A stretch of 63,969 nt of DNA, the filler included, from Reclinomonas americana ATCC 50394 (lineage: Eukaryota): NCBI GenBank assembly GCA_048213135.1. It is 17 parts of 17 records of this genome, joined end to end, with 100 filler letters (N's around TTAATTAATTAA, not from the genome) between each part and the next. Parts side by side here need not be neighbours in the genome. Positions count along the whole stretch, not along the records: positions 42,679 to 50,223 come from AFZH01019556.1; positions 50,324 to 56,498 come from AFZH01019557.1; positions 56,599 to 58,656 come from AFZH01019558.1; 14 more parts are not named here. One strand, written 5' to 3'. A program made the translations under genes and the position numbers. The notes beneath the pieces are model-generated. The model saw only the letters and a program-made list of their open reading frames with translations. It was not told the DNA's origin and did not search any database. Below are positions 42,771 to 56,779 of this stretch, piece after piece; positions within the stretch are counted from its first letter, which is position 1, and each line of letters starts with the position of its first letter.

Positions 42771-44383
42771 ATGAGCAACGGAGGTGGCGGCGATTCTGAC
42801 CGTCATCGCCCTCCAGCCACAACCACCACAACAACCACCACAACAACCACAACAGCAACAGCAACAGAGTCAGCAGGAGGAGGAGGAAGTGAGGGGGAAT
42901 CTTCGACGACTGGCCGCACACAACCACGACGGGAAACCACGACGACGACGGCGGAGGCCAGACACCACGTCCACCCGTCGCCACCTCGACGTTCTACGTC
43001 CCCACCACCACCACCACCACCATCACCTCCCGCCAATGCTCGACCGCAGACGTCACCACTGCACACGCAGCAACAGCATGTCAGGGAGGGCGAGCTGGAG
43101 GACGACGAGGAGGATGACGACGCACTGAACGACCCAGTTGGCGGCGGCGAGCGCAAGAAATCGCGCTTCAGCAGGGTGCAGGCATGTCGGCCACACCCCT
43201 GTGCGCACACACCACACCTCTCCACTCTGTGCTCACTCACTGCTGTTGTGCACAGACGGAGCATCTGCGCAGTGTGTTTGAGACGCAGCCGTATCCCAAT
43301 CTGGAAGAGAGACAAGCGCTGGCTCATCGACTGGAGACCACCGTCAACAAGGTCAGCAACTGGTTCCAGAACGCGCGTGCACGAGTCAGCCAGGAGCGTC
43401 GCAAGCAGCACGAGCGTGTACTATTCGTAGCCGCACGCCAGCGGCTGTTTGCACAACAACAGCAGCAGAATCAGCGTGACGAGCGCACACCACCACCACC
43501 AGCAACAGCAACAACAGCACCAGCAACTGCAGAGCAGCAGCGGCGGCGAGTGCAACGCGAGATTCCTTCCCCCCTGTCGACCACGACCACGACCACAACC
43601 ACGCCGACATCTGTGCGCAAGAGACGACGATCTCAGACGCCACCACCACCACCGGAAGAGGAGGAGAAGGAGGACCGCAGTACTGCCGGCTCACCATCAT
43701 TCCCCCTGTCGTCGTCGCCATCATCACAAGACACCGACAGTGGCCACATGCCTGCCGTGGGTGTGCGGGATGGCGAGTGTGACGACTTGTCGTCGCCTCC
43801 ACGACAGAGACATGACGAGTCGTCGCGGTCGGTGCCTGTGCCTGTTCCATTGCCTGTGGCAGCAGGCCAGTCGGCCGACGAGATGAAGGCGGCGGCTGAA
43901 GCGTACGTGGCTGCCACGCTTGCGGCACATCCAAGTTTGACCTCGTCGCCAACACTGACGGTGGGGGTGTGCGTTGCCGAGGCGATGCGGTACCAGCTGC
44001 TTGCCGACGCCTTCCGCAACCTCGCCGCTCGCCTCGTCATGCCGTCGCAGCACGTGGCGACTGCCATGGACGTGGAAGAACCACTGCGTTCCCCGCAACA
44101 CGCAGCAGAGTCCATCCCGCACATGCACCAGCTGCTGGCGGCAGTGGAGAGTCGGAGAAGCGGCGGGCTTCCAACTCCTTCTTCACCTCCAGCTGCAAGA
44201 GTGCCATCTGTTGTTGCCAGCGTAGCTCTGAACGGAGACGCTGGTGGACGGCATGCACATGAGCCAACAGCTGCGCCAACGCAATCAGTCGCCACTGCAG
44301 CCTCCGAGCAACAACAACAACAGCAACTACACCAAGTACATGCTTCAGTTCGTGGCACGTGGCCTGGCTCACGTCCACGCTGA
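42771..44383 (+). CDS. Homeobox gene type A, copy 1 (exons 42771-43181, 43256-44383; 512 aa)
   Basis: Spliced RKKSRFSRVQ/TEHLRSVFETQPYPNLEERQALAHRLETTVNKVSNWFQNARAR has canonical homeodomain spacing (F8, Q12, L16, F20, W48, F49, N51, R53). Confidence 0.92.
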
Positions 44384-46139
44384 CTTGGATGCAGTGAATA
44401 CACCAGCAGCCACACTGCAGCGGCAACCTTGCTCCCATTTTCCTGTGTCGGAGTGAGTGTGTGGTACACAGAGAGAGAGAGCAAGACCAGAAAGGGTAAG
44501 TGTGGACGAATATCGTACCCTGAAGCGCATCTCTCTCTCACGAGGAAGGAGGGGCGAGGGCCACTCACTCAGCTCTCGGGGAGAGGAGAAGGAGGCAACA
44601 ATGGACAAACGCCAGCGAGTGGAAACACAAAAAACTCGTCATCTTTCGTCTCTGTCTGTCGCGAGCAGACAGACGACTGACGATCGACGAAAACGAGCGA
44701 GGGAACAGAAGATCAGAGGCGAGGAGTGAGAGAGTGTTGCAGTGTGTGTTTACATAGAGAGCGGGTTCACATCCAACATGGAGTGAGTGAGGAGCGGGCG
44801 CGCACATACATACACGCACCTGTAATGTGTACATCTTCAAATCGTTATTACTTTGAAAGGAAGGGAGGAGCTGGCACGCCTGGTGGGGAATGGTGAGCAC
44901 GCAGTGGGTGCAGGGCAACGTGTGGCGTGAAGAGTGGTGGAGCGACGGCGACAGGGAGAGAGTGGTGTAGCGTGTGTACATGGTGGGAGATCATGGTCGC
45001 GCACCTGACCACTCGCCCTCTCCTCCTCGTGCGCTGAAGAGGGACAGGCGTGCAAGAAGGCACACACCGCATACAAGACAACCCCCCGCTGTCACCAGCA
45101 GTCGGCAGCTCTCACACTCTTTCTTGTCATTCACAGAGGAGACAAGTGGAGTTGCTCTCACCGAATCCCACGGCCGAGCGCACCTTGCCGCGGTCATTAT
45201 CTCTCTGTCTCCTCTCTCTGTCTCTCTGTCCCCTCCCTGCCATCTCTGGACAGAAGAGGAGAGAGTGAGGACGGATGAGAAACACAGACCCACAGTGAGA
45301 GACGCCTGCGCCTCTCTCTCTGTCAACACAGAAAAGGAGTTCATGTGTTGCCGGAAATTTAACTCATGCCTGCAGCTTTTTTACTCTCTGACTGGTATCT
45401 CCATTTATGTGAGGGGGTTGGTGTTGGTGACTGCTGCGGTGTGTTCTGACACGTGATACACGTCATTAGCACCTGGCTGGTACCAGCAAGCCAGCTGCAG
45501 CCGCCCACCAGTGCGATTGGAGAATCATCAAGTGTCGGCTTTCGCCAATCTGGCCTTCTCCACTTGTCACTGCCCACTCTTGTACAGTCTCGTCGCAACT
45601 CTCACGCACGCGCACAACGTGCTGATCGTGGAGAGTGAGAGTGACAGACAGAGTCTCTGTCTGCCGTATCGATGCATTCCACTCTCGACATTGAAGTCGA
45701 ACCAGACATTCGAATATTCGATGATTCGGATTCTCCGCTCTTCTCGTGCTGTTCCAGTGCAGTCGCCACATTGCTGCCGTATGTACTACGAGCGCAGAGC
45801 TGGTCTCGTCGCACAGCCGGCATGAGTCTCTGGTAACTGAACTCCAATTCTGATGAATATCCACGAGCGACAATGACCGACCAAAGTTCAACACATCGAG
45901 ATCCACACACACACGCACACGCATGCACACACACGCAAGAAAAGAGAATGAGAAAGCCCTCCCACTAGTCGTCGTCCTCCTCTCTGAAATCAAAGGCAAG
46001 CACAACTCGTGGCGGACAGGTGATCAGCAATCTTGTGTTCACTGCTCTCTGATACGCACACCCCGAGTGAGACACACCCACACTGGCATCAACAGCACGA
46101 GAGGCGGTCGCGGCTGACACACAAGATGCCCCCTTCCCC

Positions 46140-46238
<99 letters not shown>

Positions 46239-46768
46239 ATGAGGTCCGAGTCAGCTTGGTACCGACGTCACGAACCGGACTCATCATCCCAAAAAACGAA
46301 AAGAGTCTCACTGTCGCGATACGGAATATTTCTCTGACTCAGTGAGTGTGCGCGTGCTCTCTATGCCCAGTCACACACAGCACTTGCCAGCCACACACAT
46401 AGACACGTAGTCCATCCCACAAGAAAAAAGATGCTATTCATGTTGGGTGTCGTGCGCAAGCCATCACGCGTGTGAAACAAGTCCTGCAGTTGAACGCTCG
46501 TTTCGTCTGTGTACTTCGTGTGTGGCGCGCAGACACACAGCCAATTGCTCACTCAGCTCTTTCTTTCTCATCTCATCTCATCTCTCTCTTCCGTTTCCCA
46601 CTTGCTGTCTCTGTGTGTCTGTCCCTCCGTTTTCTCTCCCGCAACACGCACACAACTGGCAATAACAACTTTGTCTACATCCCTTCGCGCGCATAGGTGG
46701 CAGTATCGTGCCACTCGTGGCTGCTCGTGGACCACTGACAGGCCTGCCACACGCCACCACATACCAGC

Positions 46769-48378
46769 ATGAGCGACGGCGATTGTGATCGTCAACTCTC
46801 TCCAGCCTCCACCACCACCACCACCAACACAGCAGCAGCAACAGCAGCAGGTGGATCTCCAACAACGAACCATGGCACTCGTACAAGGGAAACCACTGCC
46901 GCCACCAACCGTCTCGTCCATTCTGCTCAACATACTTCGCCACCATCTGCCGTGGCCGTTGCCGCCGCCGACGTCACATCTGGTCAGCGTCGTCGTAACC
47001 GGCGCCGGTCGCACACATCTGGGAAGCAGCACGAGGAGCATGTCAGCGACGAGAGCGACGAGGATGGCGAGGAGGAGGAGGAGGAGGAGGACGATGACGT
47101 ACTCAACGACCCACTGCATGACGAGCGCAAATCGCGCTTCAGCAAGACGCAGGCATGTCGGCCACCACACCTCGCACCACCCCCTCTCACTCACTCATTC
47201 GCTCACTCACCCACGCACGTGCATGCACAGGCAGAGTTCCTGCACAGAACATTCGCGACGAAGCCGTACCCCAATCGAGGAGAGAGCGGCGCTGGCCAGT
47301 CGACTGGCGACAACAGTCAGCAAAATCAGCAACTGGTTCCAGAATGCACGCTCGCGCGTCAGCAGAGAGCGTCGCAAGCAGCAAGAGCATGCACTACTGG
47401 TTGCCGCACGCCAGCGGATGCTCGCTCAGCAACATCATGATCAGCAGATGCAACAACATGAGCAACTCGCACCATCACAATCGAGTGTGTCGCCGTGGCA
47501 GCGAGGAGCGACAAAGGCGAATCCGCCAGCAGATCCAACAGCAACCACAACGACCACGACAGCTACCATGCGCAAGAGACGTCGCTCACGGACTCCACCC
47601 GCCGAGGTGTCACAATGCAACACCAGTTAGCTTCCGACTTGCGATCGGTGGTGGTGGCGATGAGACGTCGCCGCCACACAAGAGACACAACGAGTCGCCA
47701 GGAATCGGAGCCAGAGGGTGGCCAATGCCGTTGCCAGTGCCGTTGCCAGTGCCAGTGCCAGAGCCAGCAGCAGGAGTCAGTGTCGTGGACTGTTGCCATG
47801 GTGTGCTGCACGAGTCGGCCGACGACATGAAGGCGGCGGCCGCAGCATACGTGGCCGCTGCACTGGCGGCCCATCCAAGTTTGACCACGTCGCCCACACG
47901 GACAGCACGCCTGTGCATTGCGGAGGCCATGAGGCATCAGCTGCGCGCCGATGCCTTTCGCAGGCACGCCACTCACCTGGCAACGTCGCACCTGCAATCG
48001 ACGGCAGTTGTGCAAGAACCGCATGCACACCATCACCAACTCGCGGAGTCCATTCCGCACATGCACCAGCTGCTGGCTGCCGTGGACAGTCGCAGAAGAA
48101 GCGGTGGCGACGGCATCGACGCCTCACTGCCGCCTCCAATGCCTGTTGGAGGAGAGTCATCAATCGCTGCAAGTCTCGCATGCGCAATCAATGGCGGTGG
48201 AGGTCTCCACGCATACGCCCCAGCTGCTGCCGCGCCTGTGCAGCAGCTGCTGGCGCCACTGGCCTTGACGGCCTCCACACTTTCCGAGCAACAGCGACTT
48301 CAGCAACAACAACTACATCCAGTACACTCGTCAGTTCGTGCCACCTCGTGGCCTGCAGACAGTGCATGGCCACACTGA
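46769..48378 (+). pseudogene. Homeobox gene type B, copy 1; two frameshifts (probable pseudogene)
   Basis: Relative to copy 2: a 2-nt AG deletion at ~47281-47286 inside the homeodomain and a 1-nt insertion at ~47627 creating TAG at 47628-47630. Confidence 0.7.
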
Positions 48379-50668
48379 CACAACTCAAGTGAACACACCA
48401 CAGCAGTGCATCATCCTCGATACTCTCTGCAGGGGTGACAGCAGAGGAGCAGCAGATGCGGTGGGAGATTTGGTGAGTGCGGTGCACCAAGAAGGAAGAG
48501 ATACGTGGGAGAGAAGAGAGAGAGAGAGAGAGGAACTCACAGGAGCAAGAACTGCCTAAGCACGCGATGTGCTGCGAGGGGAACGACAACGACGAGGAGC
48601 AACAAAGAAAGAAAGAGAGCAGCGGACAAAAATCACCCAGACGAATCAACGAAACTGGCCCGGAGACCATGGGAGAGTGGGGCATGAGTGTGTGTCTATG
48701 TGCATGTGCACAGAGTGCGTGCACGTTTCAGTCTGGGGAGTAATGTCCGTGAACTCCTGAAATTGAGACAACCGCATAACGAAGAAGGCGCAGCGTGAAG
48801 AGAGTGTTGGATGGGGGTTTGCAGGTGCACAGGAAGACACGTGTTGGGAGTGATGGTGCTGCGGCAGTAGCAGGAAGAGGAGGAGGAGGGAGGGAGAAAG
48901 GAGAAGAGGAGGAGGGGAGTGGGTTCATTGTTGGCAAAAAAGTGTGTGTTGGAGGTCATGCTCACCGTGCCCACCACCGCCCACTCTCCTCGTCCTTGTG
49001 TGGATGGGAAGCACACACATGTTACACTATAGACTTGTCTCTTGCATCACCGGCAGTTGCACTCGCGGTCGCCTCGGTGCACGTTGTGATCATGCATGCA
49101 TGATCCTTCTATCTCCTCTGTATCTCCTCTCTCTTCTCTCGCATTGCTTCCTTCTGCTGCGTGGGTGGAGGGTGGGCGCTTGCTTGCTGCTGCTAGCTGC
49201 TGCTACTGGTGCTTCACCGCGCCAGTGGCGTCGACGACGACGGTGAGACTGTTGCTGTTTATGGCAACTCGCTGTCTTGCTGGAAATTTAACGGGGTACC
49301 CTCACTGGTATCTCCTCCAATGCATGGTGGTCGCTGGTGCTGCGCATGCATTGCCCTCCTACTTACGGTCGTCTTGCACCCAAGTGCGAACCGCGAGTGT
49401 GATGGTGGGTCGTCGCGTTTGCACGTGTGTGAGATACTGGCCAGTAGGCATATATAGATATCGGAAGTCAAGAACAACAACAACGACGACGACGACAACA
49501 ACAGCAACACCAGTGCACGCAGTGGCATGGTGCTCAGCCTCTTCAGTGAGTACCAGAAATGGAGACAAGTCACGGTTCCGGACCAGGAGAATGTGCGATC
49601 ATGAATTCGAAACTGGTGACCAAGTGCAGCAATGCGGGATTGCAAGCGCAGCCGCGGGCTTTGCTAATGGCAATCTGCTCACTGGTAGACGTATGCCGTC
49701 CGTCAGGTGACCTCGAGCAGAGGGACCGCAACAGTCTGCTTCCGACTCTTTCCAGTGGTTCGAAATTGAATTCCCCCCTTCTTTTCATCCATCACTCTCA
49801 ACACTGGCATGCATGAGACAGGCATCGTTTTCCCTCATCAGCAGAAGTGTGCCACTGGCTCTCACTTTTGTCATGAGTGTGCAGTTTCGAAACTGGCGCC
49901 GCCGAATATTCTCTCGCGTCCCTTGTTGTGCAAGATGACCAAAAGCACAACTCACACACGCACACGCACGCACAAACGCGCGCTCTATTCACACACACAT
50001 TGAGGGGCGGACAAGGAATCTTCCTCTCTCCGCAGTACAGACAGCAACGAGAGGGCGCTCATCTTGATCACATCTTCAACTGGCAAAAGTGGCCATTGTG
50101 TTTGCGACCAATCTGCTGACCATCACACGTGCCCTCCCTCCCTCCCTCCTCATCACAGCAGTGAGTGACACACGACACACGTTCTGTGGTGACAGTGGGA
50201 GAGACAGGCGGCAGCTGGCGTTCNNNNNNNNNNNNNNNNNNNNNNNNNNNNNNNNNNNNNNNNNNNNTTAATTAATTAANNNNNNNNNNNNNNNNNNNNN
50301 NNNNNNNNNNNNNNNNNNNNNNNGACAATGTCGACGAGAGAATATATGCTCATGGGTGTCGCGCATTCGGCATGCGATGATGTGCGACGACGCCGCAAGC
50401 AGCAGTCGACGGAAGTCCTCTGCCTTCCATCATTTCGCTGTCTGGTACCCCCGTCACAGCGCCACCAACAACCACCCACTCTGTCGCCCTCTCGGCTCTG
50501 TTCTTTCTGTCTCTCTCCCTCTCTCCATCTCACCCTCCGATTCTCTCTCTCTCTCTCTCTCATTCTCCTCGCTCACACACCTGTGGCAACCACAACCTTG
50601 TCTATATCCACCACGTGCGACAGTATCGTGCTGCTCGTCAACCGCACAGACGGCGGCGACATACAGGC

Positions 50669-52302
50669 ATGAGCAACGGAGGTGGCGGCGATTCTGACCG
50701 TCATCGCCCTCCAGCCACCAAAACAACCACCACAACAACAACAACCACAGCAACAGCAACAGTGTCAGCAGGAGGAGGAGGAAGTGAGGGGGAATCTTCG
50801 GCGACTGGCCGCACACAACCACGACGGGAAACCACGACGACGACGGCGGAGGCCAGACACCACGTCCACCCGTCGCCACCTCGACGTTCTACGTCCCCAC
50901 CACCACCACCACCACCACCACCACCACCACCACCTCCCGCCAATGCTCGACCGCAGACGTCACCACTGCACACGCAGCAACAGCATGTCAGGGAGGGCGA
51001 GCTGGAGGACGACGAGGAGGATGACGACGCACTGAACGACCCAGTTGGCGGCAGCGAGAGCAAAAAATCGCGCTTCAGCAGGGTGCAGGCATGTCGGCCA
51101 CACCCCTGCACACACACACCACACCTCTCCACTCTGTGCTCACTCACTGCTGTTGTGCACAGACGGAGCATCTGCGCAGTGTGTTTGAGACGCAGCCGTA
51201 TCCCAATCTGGAAGAGAGACAAGCGCTGGCTCATCGACTGGAGACCACCGTCAACAAGGTCAGCAACTGGTTCCAGAACGCGCGTGCACGAGTCAGCCAG
51301 GAGCGTCGCAAGCAGCACGAGCGTGTACTATTTGTAGCCGCACGCCAGCGGCTGTTTGCACAACAACAGCAGCAGAATCAGCGTGACGAGTGCACATCAC
51401 CACCACCAGCAGCAGCAACACTAGCAGCAACAGCAGAGCAGCAGCGGTGGCGAGTGCAACGCGAGATTCCTTCCCCCCTGTCGACCACGACCACGACCAC
51501 AACCACTCCGACATCTGTGCGCAAGCGACGACGATCTCAGACGCCGCCACCACCGGAAGAGGAGGAGAAGGAGGACCGCAGTACTGCCGGCTCACCATCA
51601 TTCCCGCTGTCGTCGTCGCCATCATCACAAGACACCGACAGTGGCCACATGCCTGCCGTGGGCGTGCGGGATGGCGAGAGTGACGACTTGTCGTCGCCTC
51701 CACGACAGAGAGATGACGAGTCGTCGCGGTCGGTGCCTGTGCCTGTTCCATTGCCCGTGGCAGCGGGCCAGTCGGCCGACGAGATGAAGGCGGCGGCTGA
51801 AGCGTACGTGGCCGCCACGCTTGCGGCACATCCAAGTTTGACCTCGTCGCCAACACTGACGGTGGGGGTGTGCGTTGCCGAGGCGATGCGGTACCAGCTG
51901 CGTGCCGACGCCTTCCGCAACCTCGCCGCCCGCCTCGTCATGCCGTCGCAGCACGTGGCGACTGCCATGGACGTGGAAGAACCACGGCGTTCCCCGCAAC
52001 ACGCAGCAGAGTCCATCCCGCACATGCACCAGCTGCTGGCGGCAGTGGAGAGTCGGAGAAGCGGCAGTGGCGATGCCTCGGTGCTTCCAACTCCTTCTTC
52101 ACCTCCAGCTGCAAGAGTGCCATCTGTTGTTGCCAGCGTAGGTCTGAACGGAGACGCTGGTGGACGACATGCACATGAGCCAACAGCTGCGTCTACACAA
52201 TCAGTCGCCACCTCCGAGCAACAACAACAACAACAACAGCAGCAACTACACCAAGTACATGCTTCAGTTCGTGGCACGTGGCCAGGCTCACGTCCACGCT
52301 GA
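50669..52302 (+). CDS. Homeobox gene type A, copy 2 (exons 50669-51088, 51163-52302; 519 aa)
   Basis: Same homeodomain and 74-nt GC-AG intron as copy 1; frame intact. Confidence 0.92.
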
Positions 52303-54631
52303 CTTGGATGCAGTGAATACACCAGCAGTCACACTGCAGCAGCAACCTTGCTCCCATTTTCCTGTGTCGGAGTGAGTGTGTGGCACAGAGAGAGAGAGAG
52401 AGGCACGACCAGAAAGGGTAAGTGTGGACGAATAACGTTCCTTGAAGCGCATCTCTCTCACACGAGACACGAGGAAGGAGGGGCGAGGGCCACTCACTCA
52501 GCTCTCGGGGGAGAGGAGAAGGAGGCAACAATGGACAAACGCCGGCGAGTGGAAACACAAAAACTCGTCATCTCTGTCGCGAGCAGACAGACGACTGACG
52601 ATCGACGAAAACGAGCGAGGGAACAGAAGATCAGAGGCGAGGAGTGAGAGTGCTGGAGTGTGTGTTTACATAGAGAGCGGGTTCACATCCAACATGGAGT
52701 GAGTGAGGAGCGGGCGCGCACGCACATACATACACGCACCTGTAATGTGTACATCTTCAAATCGTTATTACTTTGAAAGGAAGGGAGGAGCTGGCACGCC
52801 TGTTTGCGCGTGGAGAGCACGCAGTGGGTGCAGGGCAACGTGTGGCGTGAAGAGTGGTGGAGCGGCAGCGACAGGGAGAGAGTGGTGTAGCGTGTGTACA
52901 TGGTGGGAGATCATGGTCGCGCACCTGACCACTCGCCCTCTCCTCCACGTGCGCTGAAGAGGCACACGGGTGCACGAAAGCACGCACTCCGCACAAGACA
53001 ACCCCCCGCTGTCACCAGCAGCCGGCATCTCTCACACTCTTTCTTCTCACTCACAGAGGAGACAGGTGGAGTTGCTCTCACCGAATCCCATGCACATGGC
53101 CGAGCGCACCTTGCCGCGGTCATTACCTCTCTGTCTCCTCTCTCTGTCTCTCTGTCCCCTCCCTGCATTCTCTGGACAGAAGAGGAGAAAGTGAGGACGG
53201 ATGAGAAACACAGACCCACAGTGAGAGACGCCTGCGCCTCTCTCTCTGTCAACACAGAAAAGGAGTTCATGTGTTGCCGGAAATTTAACTCATGCCTGCC
53301 TGCAGCTTTTTTACTCTCTGACTGGTATCTCCATTTATGTGAGGGGGTTGGTGTTGGTGACTGCTGCGATGTGTTCTGACACGTGATACACGTCATTAGC
53401 ACCTGGCTGGTACCAGCAAGCCAGCTGCAGCCGCCCACCAGTGCGATTGTAGAATCATCAAGTGTCGGCTTTCGCCAATCTGGCCTTCTCCACTTGTCAC
53501 TGCCCACTCTTGTACAGTCTCGTCGCAACTCTCACGCACGCGCACAACGTGCTGATCGTGGAGAGTGAGAGTGACAGACAGAGTCTCTGTCTGCCGTATC
53601 GATGCATTCCACTCTCGACATTGAAGTCGAACCAGACATTCGAATATTCGATGATTCGGATTCTCCGCTCTTCTCCTGCTGTTCCAGCGCAGTCGCCACA
53701 TTGCTGCCGTGTGTACTACGAGTGCGGAGCAGGTCTCACCACGCAGCCGGCATGAGTCTCTGGTAACTGAACTCCAATTCTGACGAATATCCACGAGCGA
53801 TAACGACCGACCAAGTTCAACACATCGAGATCCACACACACATGCACACGCATGCACACGCAAGAAAAGAGAATGAGAAAGCCCTCCCACTAGTCGTCGT
53901 CCTCTTCTCTGAAATCAAAGGCAAGCACAACTCGTGGCGGACAGGTGATCAGCAATCTTGTGTTCACTGCTCTCTGATACGCACACGCACTCCCACCCCG
54001 AGTGACACACACACGCGCTGGCATCAACAGCATGAGAGACGGTCGCGGCTGACACACAAGATGCCCCCTCCCCCCGCACATACACACACGAATGAGGTCC
54101 GAGTCAGCTTGGTACCGATGTCACGAACCGGACTCATCATCCCAAAAAACGAAATGAGTCTCGCTGTCGCGACACGGAATATCTCTCTGACTCAGTGAGT
54201 GTGTGTGTGCTCTCTATGCCCAATCACATACTGCACTTGCTAGTCACACTCAGAAGCACGCAGTCCATCCCACAAGAAAAAAGATGCTATTCATGTTGGG
54301 TGTCGTGCGCAAGCCATCACGCGTGTGAAACAAGTCCTGCAGTTGAACGCTCGTTTCGTCTGTGTGTACTTCGTGTGGCGCGCAGACACACAGCCAATTG
54401 CTCACTCGGCTCTTTCTTTCTCATCTCATCTCATCTCATCTCTCTCTTCCGTTTCTCACTTGCTGTCTCTTGAGTGTCTGTCCCTCCGTTTTCTCTCCCG
54501 CAACACGCACACAACTGGCAATAACAACTTTGTCTACATCCCTTCGCGCGCATAGGTGGCAGTATCGCGCCACTCGTGGCTGCTCGTGGCCCACCGACAG
54601 GCCTGCCTCACGCCACCACATATATACCAGC

Positions 54632-56205
54632 ATGAGCGACGGCGATTGTAATCGTCAACTCTCTCCAGCCTCCAACACCACCAGCACCACAACAACAACA
54701 GCAGCAACAGCAGCAAGCGAATCTCCAACAGCGAACCATGGCACTCGTACAAGGGAAACCACTGCCGCCACCAACCGTCTCGTCCACTCTGCTCAACACT
54801 CTTCGCCACCACCAGCCGCGGCCGTTGCCACGCCTGCTCAGCATCGTCGCCGGTCGCACACACCATCGCCGCTCACACCTGGGCAGCAGCATGAGGATGG
54901 CGAGAAGGAGGAGGAGGAGGAGGACGATGACGTACTCAACGACCCACTGCATGACGAGCGCAAATCGCGCTTCAGCAAGACGCAGGCATGTCGGCCACCA
55001 CACCTCGCACCACCCCCTCTCACTCACTCATTCGCTCACTCACGCACGTGCATGCACAGGCAGAGTTCCTGCACAGAACATTCGCGACGAAGCCGTACCC
55101 CAATCGAGGAGAGAGAGCGGCACTGGCCAGTCGACTGGCGACAAGCGTCAGCAAAATCAGCAACTGGTTCCAGAATGCACGCTCGCGCGTCAGCAGAGAG
55201 CGTCGCAAGCAGCAAGAGCACGCGCTGCTGGTTGCCGCACGCCAGCGGATGCTCGCTCAGCAACATCATGATCAGCAGATGCAACAACATGAGCAACTCG
55301 CACCATCACAATCGAGTGTGTCGCCGTGGCAGCGAGGAGCGACAAAGGCGAATCCGCCAGCAGATCCAACAGCAACCACCACGACCACAACAACTGCCAT
55401 GCGCAAGAGACGTCGCTCACGGACTCCACCCACCGCGGCGTCACAATGCAACACCAGCAGCTTGCGACTTGCGATTGGTGGTGGTGATGAGACGTCGCCG
55501 CCACACAAGAGACACAACGAGTCGCCAGCAATCGGAGCCAGAGGGTGGCCAATGCCGTTGCCAGTGCCGTTGCCAGTGCCAGTGCCAGAGCCAGCAGCAG
55601 GAGTCAGTGTCGTGGACTGTTGCCATGGTGTGCTGCACGAGTCGGCCGACGACATGAAGGCGGCGGCCGCAGCATACGTGGCCGCTGCACTGGCGGCCCA
55701 TCCAAGTTTGACCACGTCGCCCACACGGACAGCACGCCTGTGCATTGCGGAGGCCATGAGGCATCAGCTGCGCGCCGATGCCTTTCGCAGGCACGCCACT
55801 CACCTGGCAACGTCGCACCTGCAATCGACGGCAGTTGTGCAAGAACCGCATGCACACCATCACCAACTCGCGGAGTCCATTCCGCACATGCACCAACTGC
55901 TGGCTGCCGTGGACAGTCGCAGAAGAAGCGGTGGCGACGGCATCGACGTCTCACTGCCGCCTCCAATGCCTGTTGGAGGAGAGTCATCAATCGCTGCAAG
56001 TCTCGCATGCGCAATCAATGGTGGTGGAGGTCTCCACGCATACGCCCCAGCTGCTGCCGCGCATGTGCAGCTGCTGCCGGCACCACTGGCCTTGGCGGCC
56101 TCCACACTTTCCGCGCAACAGCGACTTCAGCAACAACAACTACATCCAGTACACTCGTCAGTTCGTGCCACCACGTGGCCTGCAGACAGTGCATGGCCAC
56201 ACTGA
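54632..56205 (+). CDS. Homeobox gene type B, copy 2 (exons 54632-54985, 55060-56205; 499 aa)
   Basis: Spliced RKSRFSKTQ/AEFLHRTFATKPYPNRGERAALASRLATSVSKISNWFQNARSR; frame intact. Confidence 0.92.
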
Positions 56206-56335
56206 CACAACTCAAGTGAACACACCACAGCAGTGCATCATCATCGATACTCTCTGCACGGGTGACAGCAGAGGAGCAGCAGATGCGGTGGGAGATTTGG
56301 TGAGTGCGGCGCACTAAGAAGGAAGAGACACGTGG

Positions 56336-56377
<42 letters not shown>

Positions 56378-56667
56378 GACACGAGAGACGAACGAACGTA
56401 CGTACCGTAAACCAACGCGAGTAGTGTCGTACCGGACGGGAACGGAACGAACGAACGGACGGAGACGAACAAAGAAGACGACGACGGAACGTAAAAACNN
56501 NNNNNNNNNNNNNNNNNNNNNNNNNNNNNNNNNNNNNNNNNNTTAATTAATTAANNNNNNNNNNNNNNNNNNNNNNNNNNNNNNNNNNNNNNNNNNNNGA
56601 CGTACGACGTACGTACGACGACGTAGACGTAGTACGACGTAGTACGACGTACGACGAGACGAGAGAG

Positions 56668-56779
<112 letters not shown>

